Positions 51,830-64,000 of a stretch of 64,000 nt of DNA are shown here, one piece after another; the stretch's first letter is position 1; every line of letters begins with the position of its first letter. The notes beneath the pieces are model-generated. The model was given only the letters and a program-made list of their open reading frames with translations, did not search any database and was not told the origin of the DNA. The stretch lies in contig CM035353.1 in the NCBI GenBank assembly GCA_020137815.1, positions 310,001-374,000 on the forward strand. The letters are read 5' to 3'. The position numbers and the translations under genes were made by a program. This stretch comes from Hormiphora californensis (taxonomy: Eukaryota; Animalia; Ctenophora).

Positions 51830-52328
51830 TATCAAGCATACCGGTAAGCGTACCGTGAGATGGTCTAAACGGTAAATGGAACTGTGACAACTGACAAGCT
51901 AATCCCACAGCTGCCCCATTACACAGTCTATGAAATACAGACCACGTGTTCCAAATTCACGTGATTAACAGCATCACTTTACTAGCCTTTTAAAAATGAC
52001 TCCCGGGAACATTTTATGACAGCTTTTTAGATGAATGTGATCTCAAATCTCAAAGATACTCATTTCTAAATTTGGTACAGCAAAATAATGATTGATATAA
52101 AAGTGGGCACGTTCAACATGTAATCGCTCTCTCTCTCTCTCTCTCTCTCTCATCGGTCTCCTCATCTCTGTCTGGGTCTCTCTCCTCATCTCGTCTCTCT
52201 CTCTCCGCTCCTCTCTCTCTCTCTCTCTCTCCTCATCTCTCTCTCTCTCTCTCTGCTCCTCTCTCTCTCTCTCTCTCCTATCTCTCTCTCTCTCTTCTCT
52301 CCTCTCTCGTCTCTCTCTCGTCTCTCTA

Positions 52329-52398
<70 letters not shown>
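51612..52398. repeat. (GA)n and (CT)n microsatellite blocks; others at 6354-6450, 13074-13170, 27525-27620, 55354-55530, 60960-61245, 63619-63746
   Basis: Directly visible dinucleotide runs. Confidence 0.95.
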
Positions 52399-52402
<4 letters not shown>

Positions 52403-52825
52403 GTGTGTCCTTCGTACAATAATCTCTACTGATTGATCAGTAAACTGAAGCTAATGGTGTCAAGTGTGAAAGAGTTTTTCATTACAAAGATTGAAAATTG
52501 TATTGGAAATTGTATTGGAAAAGTTTGCAGTTGTTTTGCAAAGCAATCAGTGTAATAGAGCAACGATATAATCAGACACTTTGATCTGGTGAACTTATAA
52601 TAGTTTCGGAATTAAAGATGTATGACGTGGGTGTGTGTGTGTTTGTGTGTGGGAGTTTGTGTTTATTGCAAACGATCAATTTCATACTCTATGACCTTAT
52701 TCTTTCTCTCTATCGCTATCTCTCTCTCCTTTCGTTACCTTCAGGGGTTCACCATCATGCCAATCAAAGTCAATTACAGACAGAAAAAGGAAGGATAGTG
52801 GAGTAAACTTCTGTATCTATAATAA

Positions 52826-53487
52826 TATATACCCTGCTAACTTAAATAATGCGCCAGTGGCGAGAAGTCCCACTAGCGCGCTCTCGATAACCAGCCAGTC
52901 CAGCGGCAGATTATTTCCCACTGGCAGGTTATTTATTTTTAACTCCTATGTTACATTCAAAGTGTGTGTAAATGATCAGTTCTTACTGAAATACAGAGGG
53001 AACACTGTTTGGAAGAGTTACACACTAAATTGGAGAGAAAGAAACAACACATTCCGCCAATTACTCTCTCTTTATCTTCCCTTTTGTTTCACTATCTCAA
53101 TTCCTCTGTGTTATGTCTGGCATGCCCCATATCTTGTTATTTCTTTCTCTCTCTCCTTAGTAACTGTTACCAAACAATGTACACTCAATTGAGAGATGTT
53201 TTTGACTGTTTCTCAGTTCTCTTTGTGTGTTTTGATTAGTGTTCTCTCTCTTGTTAGTGTGTAATACTTGTAACAAACAACTAAAGCAGGGTATATAACC
53301 TATAAACTCTTGCCACAGACGCGTTATAGGTTTAAACCCCTCCGCCTCTCCCTCGGCTACGCCTCGGGATCGTCGTCGTGATTTAAACCAGTTTATCCGC
53401 CAGTGGCGGATAAACTACAGCTACCTTCTCCCAGCGGCGCGCTGGGAGAAAGGTATCTGAAATAACGCGCCACTGGCAAGAGTTTAT
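52826..53487. mobile_element. Repeat with two sets of short inverted repeats (TATACCCTGCT/AGCAGGGTATA; ATAAACTCTTGCCA/TGGCAAGAGTTTAT), possibly Crypton-like non-autonomous
   Basis: IR pairs at ~52828/53296 and 53302/53487; recurrent CCAGTGGCG motif; ctcggctacgcctcg motif. Confidence 0.4.
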
Positions 53488-54121
53488 GCCTCATATATCG
53501 ATAACTATCAATACTATCGGAAATTGAAGATACGTTTTATCAAAACGTCGTTTTGATGCATGGAGTCATCAGGGACTTGATATCGGTCTTTTATATTGAA
53601 TTATTTTTATATTATATAATGTATAAAATTATAAATCCCAAGCCACAATTTCAATTCTAATCATGAATGACACTATTACATGTATAGTATATCTATATAA
53701 AATTAGTTTGGAAAAGTATAAAAATTAAAACTTCAGACTCGTATGGGTGAATAATAAAACATATTTCAATGAGCTGTACTTCAAAATCAATTATCCTCGC
53801 AACTCGTATTATATATGTAGAATGAGAGACATGGAACATTTAAAGAGCCAAATGCATACGACAATTTTGTAAATAGAGAGATGCAGAATGAGTGAAATAT
53901 AGTGATATAAGATCAAAGGGGAATGACAATAGATTCCAATATCATCGTGCAGCATTCACAGCAATTCTATTTGTTATATCAGTAGATAATTTAATATTGA
54001 TATGTAACAACCAGTTTTTTATCGCTATATATACGATATAAAGTTGAATATCAACAACAATTAGAGTTAACGTGTTCGAAACTAGTAATTATTACCCTAA
54101 TCGCCCTAATCAATATGATAC

Positions 54122-54303
54122 GGGGCAGTACACACCAGTAAAAATTAAAATTTTAACTTTTTCAGCGGACACAACGACCGTTGCTAAAAAATGCTCTCTC
54201 TAATTGTAACAGTGCCAATCATTTCGACGCACACAGGAGCTAGGGAGGAGTTTAACAGGTTTTAAAATTCTAATTTTTAATTTTTACTGGTGTGTACTGC
54301 CCC
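54122..54303. mobile_element. MITE with TIR GGGGCAGTACACACCAGTAAAAATTAAAA (PIF/Harbinger-like)
   Basis: ~29-bp perfect inverted repeats; TSD unclear. Confidence 0.7.
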
Positions 54304-55352
54304 TTACTGATTTCAAACACGTGATCTATAAAGCATGTTCATCAAACTTGAAATAAATTAATTTATTTACAATGCTGAAGAAAATAGTTAAAAATATTTA
54401 GTACAATATCGAATTAAATAATATATAGATACAAGCAAGGATAGTGCCAACCCCCAAGTAAAATTTACTACTAGGTTTAATCTACTTTGGTAGGTCCAAT
54501 CTACCTCATTTGCCAGACGCCATCACCCATGTCGAGCAATGCCCATTGTTGGTTGATAGATGCCTATCATAAAGCCCCCGCGAAGCACACGTGCTCATAT
54601 ATAGAGATTGTATACAATGGACTATACTTAAATATAATATATAACATAATAGTATATTATGCCGGTTGCTTAAATGTGTGAGGGGAGTAATGACATTACC
54701 ACACAGCTGAATTTTACTATCATTATCTCACTCATTTTGTTGTCACACTCTCACATCACAATCTCGATCGGCCATGAATGTGATAAATGACATATTATAA
54801 TGACAATCAATAGTATCATATTTTATTTGAGCAAGCTATAAGGCGGGACTGTTTCCGGAGCGGGTTGGTTCTTATAAACATTATAAGTTTACTAGTTTTT
54901 TAGTTCTGGTAACCTATGTGGTATGAGCGTGTATATAAGTACGGATATTATTTCTACGAATCCAGCGAACGATAATTAGGCTTTCCCATAGACCAGGTCT
55001 CAGACAATAACAAGAATTATTAGGACACACACATGAAATATGTATCCTGCACTTATAATTAGGTCTGACGATCTGCAGTGCAAAGAGCTGCACCAGTATT
55101 GTGTATAAAAGGCAGAAAGACACATGTGGAGAACTGAATCTAATTGGAATCTTTTTACATGCAAGCTGAAACTGTTAGAATCTACCTCGTACGAAATAAG
55201 AACGTTATTTGCATGTCTCTTCTCCTTCTCACTCGCGTGCTACACCAGCTGCTGTTAAAACAACTTGCATGCATCTGAAAAATTCCCTTGGGATAAGAAC
55301 TTGACCTTGAAACTTGTGGGGAACGAGAGAATTATGCATATGATAACTTAAC

Positions 55353-55419
<67 letters not shown>

Positions 55420-55426
55420 CGAGAGC

Positions 55427-55532
<106 letters not shown>

Positions 55533-56028
55533 TATCAAAGAGAAAGAGAGTTATATAAATGGAGAATTGGACTTCTAAAGTTTCCTCCAGCACTCGTTGC
55601 GGTTAGGGCCGACTGCCTAGCCTACTTGATAGAGACTGGACGAAGGGAGCACATTCCATCTGTATAAGATAACATGAACAGAAAACAAGGAACACCTTAA
55701 CGGCGTACGAAGGGTCGAGTTCTACTAAGAAACTTGGAAAATAGTTTCATAGATTCCTGATGTTTCTGTGAAAATTCACGATGAGAATATAAGAGATTCG
55801 ATGATTACAATATTAACAATTAATGATGGTATAAACTATGAATCATGTAACATCTCCCTCAGTTAACAATTATAAGCTATGATCATGGGGCCGGAAATCG
55901 ATGTAATTGTGTGCCGATGCTGTGGTTCGCGAATACACATGTGTTCTCGCTCAGCTCTTAATTAATTCTCGCTCTTAATTACCGAGGTAGATAAAGTAAA
56001 GAAATTAAAAACAAAATATCAGCTCAGA

Positions 56029-56169
56029 CCCTACTAAAATATAGTTCGACGCCCCGCGACGCGCGATCGATGAACGATCGATGAACGATCGATATCGATC
56101 GTTTATCGATCGTTTATCGATCGTTCATCGATCGCGCGTCGCGACGCGTCGAACTATATTTTAGTAGGG
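56029..56169. repeat. ~140-bp near-perfect CpG-rich palindrome (hairpin MITE) with an internal CGATCGATGAA repeat
   Basis: ccctactaaaatatagttcgacg...GATATC (56091-96)...cgtcgaactatattttagtaggg. Confidence 0.85.
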
Positions 56170-56282
56170 GATATGACAGATCTACAACAGTACATTGTAT
56201 ACAGCTGTACAGCTGTCAGTATTATACATCGCATGACAGGGATAGTGCAAATGAATGTGACAGAGATCAGCCTTATAGTCAT

Positions 56283-57170
56283 ACTAGAAAGCCCATTGAA
56301 GTCCTACGATAGCCCCCCCCCCCACCCGTCTCTATGTCTCCCCCTCTTACTCTTTGTCTCTCCATGTCGGGGTAAAGAGGTTGGTAGTGGTAGAGCGCTG
56401 GTGATAAACATCAAGGGAAATCCCGCTGAATAACATGTAGAATTAGGTGATAAAGATCCGTAGAATTGTAGACATGTGTAGAGAATCAACGGGGTACGTA
56501 GGTAGATAAGGCTTTGGTAATCATGGCGGCCTCAGCAGTAGATCCCAAAACAACGCAGGAAACAACACAGGAACACGCAACAAACAACAAAAAACATGCA
56601 CGTGCAGTATCCCCCTCCAATACCCCTCCCAGAGCACCTCCATGGGCAACCCCCACCATTTGCACGTGTGGATAGGTCATCATACTCATCACGCCACGCA
56701 TTTGCTTATTATAATAAGGACTAGAAAGCCCATTGGCCATTGTAGTCTTACAACAGCCCCCCCCCCCCACCCGTCTCTATGTCTATGTCCCCCTCTTACT
56801 CTTCGTCTCTCGGGTAAAGAATACAGAGCTTGGTAGAGTGGTAGAGCGCTGGTGATAAACATCAAGGGAAATCCCGCTGAATAACATGTAGAATCAGGTG
56901 ATAAAGATCCGTAGAATTGTAGACATGTGTAGAGAATCAACAGGGTACGTAGGTAGAAAGGCTTTGGCAATCATGGCGGCCCCAGCAGTAGATCCCAAAA
57001 CACCACAGGAACAACACAGGAACACGCAATAAACAACAAACAACATGCACGTGCAGTATCCCCCCTCCAATACCCCTCCCAGGGCACCTCCTTGGCAACC
57101 CCCCTCTATTTGCACGTGTGGATACTACATCACACTCCTCACGACGTTCATTTGCAAATTATAATAAGGA
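56283..57170 (+). repeat. Two-copy tandem duplication of a ~437-bp unit
   Basis: actagaaagcccattg at 56283 and 56720; units align throughout, both ending in ttataataagga. Confidence 0.9.
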
Positions 57171-57678
57171 TGGCGGTACAATTGATATATTGTTGACAGC
57201 ATTAAATGTGTAGGATATACATATGTTCTGCTAATTCTTTGATTGATTTGACTTGATGATTATATGTACGTGGTATAATAGTATGTCCAGCGTCACCCTA
57301 GGATATATCTGAAATCTATAATAATAGCAAATCTAAAACGTGGTTAAACGACAAACGGCCTATTCTATTGTGAGCAAATATCGACTCCCCCTTTAAGAAA
57401 GCCAAAAATGTGAAAGGGGGAAGTACCCGCATTTGGGGAAAAACCGCTGGAACAATTTTTACCAGGGGTTCCCATACATAAACCCGGGTTCCTCTTTTTT
57501 TATATCAAAAGTCTTTGAAATATGATGGGGAAACAAAAATCAGAGTTTGTCTAAACCTGGAATCTGTAGCAGCCTAAAAAAACCCAAAAAAAATAAAAAC
57601 AAAAAAAAATTTAAAAACCCGGGGAGAAAAGAGTGAGAGAGAGAAAAGAGAGGGGAAAAGGGGAGAGAGGGAGAAAAG

Positions 57679-57709
<31 letters not shown>

Positions 57710-58104
57710 ACACTAGAAAGAGGAATTATATGTGATTGCGAAATCATCTTATGGGCTCGTCCATTATGCTTTTATGGATCATGGTTGAAACGCCAGATCT
57801 ATAAATATTGGAATGGAGTAAAGAACGAGTCTGACTGACTGCCATGCTGTCATGGGAAAGGGAAATATTTAAGGGGGCCCTGGTCAAGGGTAAAATGAAT
57901 AAAAAAGACAGGAGGGTGCAGCTAAGAAAGGGCCCCCAAAAAAAATTAAAATTTTTAAATATAGAAAAAGGGGAGAAGGGGTAACAATGGGTCAATTAGT
58001 AATTTTTTACTCCCAAATTGTTCCTTTATATACCCATATTATAATAATTGTGCAAAATAATATAATGCACAGAATAGTTTAAAAAGCATTTAGCATGGGG
58101 GTTT

Positions 58105-58512
58105 CCCCACACCCCAAAGTTAAAATTAAAATTAAAAAAAAATTTGATTTTTTTGGTCAAAAATTTCCCATTTTTGGCAAAATTCCCTTCATTTTGGGTT
58201 GTTGGAAAAGGGCATCGAGCCCGTTTTTGAACGGGCCCAAAAAAACTGAAATCGGCGCAAAGTGGGGGCGTTAAGGCGCAAAAATTGTGCGCTTTAAAAT
58301 TTTTAAAAAATTTTTAACAACACATTTTGCACTTTTAACGCCGCGCATTTTGCGCCGATTAAAGGGTTTCTTGGGCTGTTAGAAACGGGCGCATCCCCTT
58401 TTTCCCCAAAAAACCCCCAAAAATGAAGCTTTTTCCCAAAAAAATGGCGAGTTTTTTGCCCAAAAACGTCAAATTTTAATTTTAATTTTAATTTTGGGGG
58501 GGGGTGGGGGAC
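58105..58512. mobile_element. Palindromic MITE in a low-quality region
   Basis: aaattaaaattaaaa...aaatcggcgcaaaa mirrored by ttttgcgccgatt...ttttaattttaattt. Confidence 0.6.
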
Positions 58513-61007
58513 CCGGGAAAACTTAATTAGGTATTTTTTGAAAGAAAAAAAGGTGAACATAAAATAAAAGTAGCAATGAACTAGGAGGTCTTTTTAAATT
58601 TTATGTTTGAACATGTTTTTTACAGGTTGGGGGATCACTACCCTTTCCCAATTTGCCCTTTCCCGGAGCTGTTTTGAAACAAAATCTAAAAAATTTTGCC
58701 CCTGGGAGTCTAGAGGACCCCTTTTTAAAGAAATCTGACGACTCGGAAATTTTTCAAGAGTTTGAGTGGGCGCTGCCGAAAGGGCGGCCGGAAATTATGC
58801 GAAACTTTTGCAAAACTTTTTGCGAATTTTTTGAAATGATTCGGGGGGGGACTTGCTATACTTTGCTATTTGCGGGTTTTTCGCGAATTTGGGGGGAGAT
58901 CCGTAATGAATTAGCATTAATTTGCATAAGATCGCATGAGATCGCATTTTTTGTGCAAAAAAATTGAATTCGTTCGGGGATTTATCGTATTTATTAGAAG
59001 TGGTGGGCCCAAAAAATCGCATTATGTCGCAATCGCATTTTTTTCCATTTTATCGAAATAATTTTCAATTTAATCGGGAAACATTTGATTGGGTCGCCCC
59101 AAAAACTCGCACAATTTTTAGGGGGAGGGGAAACCTGATTTTATTCAAAAAAGTTTTTTAAGGTGATTTTCCCCCCTTTTTATGATTTCGCAAAAAATTT
59201 TTTAGGGGGGGACATTTGAATTTTAAAAAAAATTTATTTAAAAAGGGAAGGGAGGGGGCACCCCTTTTAAATTTTCAAAATTTTTTATTTTTTCCCCCCC
59301 CCGGGGGGGGTTTTTTTTGGGGGGGGGTTTTTTCTTTTTCTCTCTTCTCCCTCCCCCTCTCTCTCTCTCTCCCTTTTTCTTTGTCATCTAAAATAGATAT
59401 TTAATCAAACATGTGTTCTTGCCTCCATCGGTGATCATTTAAACTGTTAGGAAATTACCGGATTACAAATGATTATAAATGCAAAGCTCATCGATGTCAC
59501 AAGCATGATACTGCCCAATTTTTAAAAAGAAAAAAACCCTATAATCCTTTCATTTACGTAAAAAACGAACTGGATAATTTTATTGAAATTTTTTCCCTTC
59601 GAAACCCAATAAAAATTTTTCCCCATTAGATATATGGCGATAATTTTTTGCAGGGAAAGGGGGCAATTAACAAAAATTTAATTGGGAATTTTGTTTCCGG
59701 ACTTTGGATACAAATAGATTTTCCAAAAATTTTAATCCCCTTTTGGGAAATGATTGTGTATGTACAATATGTACATTGTACATGACGTATATGGTAGTGG
59801 TCAACTTACAGTGTATTCATTGTTCTTCCCCCCTGTTTCGACCCTTTCAGCAGTCATTGAAAATTTAAAATGGGTTTAAATTTAAAAATTAGTATAAAAT
59901 TTTAATAAGGCCAAAACATTTTTACTGATAAAATTTTTTGAAAATTCACGATTTCCCCCGGAATTAGAGCCACCATTAATATAAGTACATAGTATTATGT
60001 ATAGCAAGGCCCCCACCACACCAATCGGTCTGAAATTTGGTATACTGTGTCAGATAGTATAGATCTACAGTAGTTTAAAAGGAATTAAAGGGCTCTACTT
60101 ACCCCTTTGTGGGTTATATATTTGGCCCGAAATTTGGGTGATAACCCGTCCCCTGACCCAAATAAAGAGTTCGATTTGGTTTTTTTTTACAACCGTTCCC
60201 CTTCCCAAGGGGACTGGTTTTCCAAAGTGACAGGACGCTGTTTTTTTAGTATTAGAGCAGATAAAAGTAAGAAAAAAAGGTTTTGTTTTAATATAAAAAA
60301 AAAATATATTTTCCAGAGAACGATGTATGGATCCCTTGCCCTGAGCACGAGACCCCATCAAAGGCTTTTGGTGGGGGGAATAAATATATTTAAAAAAGAA
60401 CCTCCGTATTTGGGTTTAAAATATTATAAAAAGGTGATCAAGGGTTTAAAAAGAGAGAGAGAGGAAAAAAGAGGGCAGAGGCAGAGAGAAAAAGGGGAGG
60501 GAAAAAGCGAGAGAGACAAGCATTTATAAAAAAAATTTTTATTTGAATGCTGGTGCTCCAAAATTTTAGTTTATAAAAAGGGTATTGGGAGGGTGGGGGA
60601 AAAACGCTTTTGAGTTTGCGGTGGAGGACATGAAAAAGTTAATTAAAAAAAAGGGGTTGATGAAAATTTAAATTATGAAAAAAGAGAGGAAAAAAAGGGA
60701 AGGAGGGAAGAAAAGAGAGAGAGAGGGGGGGTGGAGAGGGAGAAGAGGACAAGGAAAACGGGGAGGAGGGGGGGGGAGAGGAGGAGAGGGAGAGAAGAGG
60801 GGAGAGAGAGAGAGGGGAGAGAGAGAGGGGGAGAGAGAGAGGGGGGAGAGAATGAAGATGTATATTAGTACAACATATACAATTTTGCAACTGAAAAAGT
60901 AGAGTGAAAAAATTATCAGATAAGAGTAGCCATCAAACAGATTAGATATCTCTATCTCTATCTCTCCTCTCTCTCTCTCTCTCTCCTCTCTCTCTCCCCT
61001 TTCTCTC

Positions 61008-61049
<42 letters not shown>

Positions 61050-61082
61050 CTAACAAGCTTTAACCAACTAAATGACAACCGA

Positions 61083-61114
<32 letters not shown>

Positions 61115-61180
61115 CGAGAGAGTAGCTGAGGAGGACGAGGGAGAGGAGAGAGGATGAGAGAGAGAGAGAGGAGAGAGGAG

Positions 61181-61238
<58 letters not shown>

Positions 61239-63336
61239 GAGAGAGTTAGCTATTAGCCGGTCTGATGATAAACCACGTGCCTACTCCGTTCATACCAATT
61301 GGACTACACCCTAGTAGTGGTTGGCTTCCAACATGTATAATGTGCCTGTACTTAAGCCAAATTTGCCCTAATTGTATGGAACATTGTAACACGATTTGTG
61401 CTTGTTAAAATCTTTAGAGATTATAACCAATAAGAGATGATTGCAAGGTACAGTACGTGATTGGGCACAGCTGAGATTTGGAGAGTTTTTCGATACTTAT
61501 TAGATTTGTTCAAGCGTTTAGACCTTTTGAGGTTTAATTCTTGTCACACAATATTTTCCGTTTTGGAGATTCACAACTTCACTGACCTTTTTTACAAATG
61601 TAAGAGACCAACTTACAAGAAGTAGCCGGGTATTTTAACCATAAGCACTCGGGTATGTTTGTATCAACTATCAAAATACGTGTGAGGGCCGCACAAGGGT
61701 TAACTTACCCGCACAGCACGAGTGCTAACAACCCAATCAAAATACGTCTGGCTATCATGCGCAGGTATACCCCAAACACCAAAGTACCCGTACTTTTTTG
61801 TAAGTTGCTTTGTTAGAACATAACAAGTGAGAAAGGATTTGAAAAAAGTTACCCCAGCCGTTCTGGGGTCGTTTCAAAGTGGAATTAGTTGTGAGGTCGA
61901 TATAATGATCAACTAGTTCTTACCTGGCATTGTGATTGTCCCGGATTGAATAGGGCCCATTGTGTGCTGTGTGAGCTGTCGACAATTCCTATCCGCCTTG
62001 AGCGAGTCATGACTTATCCTGGCTCACACTGCTAATACATAAACAGGAATATATAGTCAACAATCAACATAGACAATCTTTTCATTGGATTGTAGCAGCT
62101 AAATATCAATGATGAGATCTGTTCAGGATTGGATCAATGCAATTCCAATCAATCAAAACAATATACTGAAGGTAGTTTGATAGCTACTAGATATAAGCAT
62201 TTGACTAACGTCGGGATAAAAGCGATACCAATTATATACATGATATTATTACTATTTATAAAGAGTTACTAGAGTAAATCAGATAAACACTATACCGCAA
62301 AAAGTTAGGTACTTAGTTGGTTACCCTATACACTAACTATTCAATGACACTTTGTAGGCGCGGCTCTGAGTCACAGCCACTGAGTCTCTGCACTTCATCA
62401 GCTCCCACTTTACCTTGTTCAAAGTGGCTTGAACAAAACAACTTGCACTGCAGGTTCGATCACTGTTACTAAGTTAGCTCTGTTTAAGTACCTCTCTAAA
62501 TCTCAAACAGTAAAAAGTACAAAAGTCGAGACAGGGTTCTAGTTAGTATGTTCCACAGCTGTGCAGCTTATCTTTCAAAGCTGACTAACTGAGCTATGTA
62601 TTATACCCACTCATTGGCTACGAAATAACCGCTCTAAAGAGTCGCTGGCAAGGGAGGGGTAACTTTGTAACCAATTCCATATAAGCTTGGACAGCGTAAC
62701 AAATAGTGAGTTTAACTAAAAGTAAAATGGGTTGTTGCGCCCTGCACCCTGGACCAGAATAATTAAATGACTAATCTTGAAACTATATGTTTTAAAAGAC
62801 TGTACAGCGTGGAGAGTTAGCTATAGAATCAAAGATTAAAAAAAATTAAAATCCTCAAAATGGCCAAGGTGCTCTCTTAGACTTTCTTTGCCTCATTACA
62901 TGCAGCTTCCTCCCTGTTTAACTTTTTAAAGGCAAGCTGTTTGTAAACAAAAAGATTAGAAGGAGTATAATAGACCACTTTAAACCATTAAACACTGCAT
63001 GAACATTGCAGGAAACAATCCTTCTTCTTATATAATATAAGATACTTAATAGATCTCTGCTGCTTCTAAAGAAGAAACCAACACATTGCTCATGATGATG
63101 GATCAATCTACTATATTATCTACTATTATATCAATATACTCAAAGTAGCATGGGTAAACTGTTAGCTGCTACTATGTGAACATGCCTCTTCTTTCAAAGG
63201 CTGGTGACTTTCGCTAACTCATATCACTACTTTCCTGTTAGGCCAATGCTCTGACAGCTACTTTCAGTCTGTGTGCTATATAAGAAAAATGACTGGATTT
63301 CTCTACAACGCGACAAGTACATGTTACCTGGGGGAA

Positions 63337-63393
63337 ATCGTAGTCTAAAATGCTAGTATATTGGACCAATATAATAGCATTTTAGACTACGAT
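63337..63393. repeat. 57-bp near-perfect hairpin
   Basis: atcgtagtctaaaatgctagtatattgg-a-ccaatataatagcattttagactacgat. Confidence 0.85.
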
Positions 63394-63623
63394 ACAGGAA
63401 CAACGATCCTGAATGATTCGCTATTGCTTTGAAAAGATATTTGGATTGTCATTCAATCATAATCCTTAATCCAATTCCACAACTATATTAGCAGAATTTA
63501 GATTCAAGTTCATTGCCTCCAGCTATAGAAAAAATTAACCAATGGCCTGGGTGGGTTAGTGGGGGATATTTTTATCAATCTCTTACTTCCTTCTCTCCTA
63601 GATTAGCAATAACATATCTCTCT

Positions 63624-63735
<112 letters not shown>

Positions 63736-64000
63736 TCTCTCTCTCTCACATACACTCTCTCCCCCTTTTTGCACACCTACCGTTACACAACTTAATGCGT
63801 TGCACTACGTAGTGGGTCGTTATATAGAGAATAGAGAGCTTTAATAGCGAACGGAGGGAGGGAAAGGTGTGAAATATGCCGGATAAACTTATACAGTCTG
63901 TAGAAAGTCTCTAGATATATCCATCGACGGTTCAAACTTTTCAACACTATGATACGACTTTTCGTTTACATATCCAAAACTATGCGATTTAAGAACAGCT

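Noticed and set aside
57380-60860. Unusual homopolymer-rich region and its ORFs
   Set aside because: Pervasive inflated A/T/G/C runs even within recognisable MITE arms indicate low-coverage long-read consensus error.

Overview
This is eukaryotic, intron-rich, repeat-dense animal DNA. The short introns and MITE families look ctenophore-like (unverified inference); no prokaryotic operon or CRISPR is present. Host genes: the N-terminal half of an ABCC/SUR-like transporter (-, ~1620-8253, many apparent indel errors), two tandem MFS-type transporter paralogs (one intact, one disrupted), a divergent FABP-like gene, and a two-pore-domain K+ channel (K2P) gene (-). Transposons are abundant and often nested: L2/CR1-group RT remnant, CRE-like remnant, ORF1-only LINE inside a piggyBac-type MITE, Chapaev-like palindrome inside a hAT MITE, and TTAA foldback elements. 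The most striking object is an apparently full-length R4/Dong-clade RLE retrotransposon (40352-46446) inserted in a (GA)n microsatellite. It carries a hand-foldable HDV-like ribozyme at its exact 5' end, a ~40-unit GA-rich tandem array in the 5' UTR, two Myb-like domains, and a 3' terminus complementary to its own ribozyme core. Other oddities are repeated tandem amplification of splice-acceptor sites, a tandem X-box array before a K2P exon, and a TIR element packed with TTATCCACA (DnaA-box-identical) motifs. 57380-60860 looks like low-quality long-read consensus.
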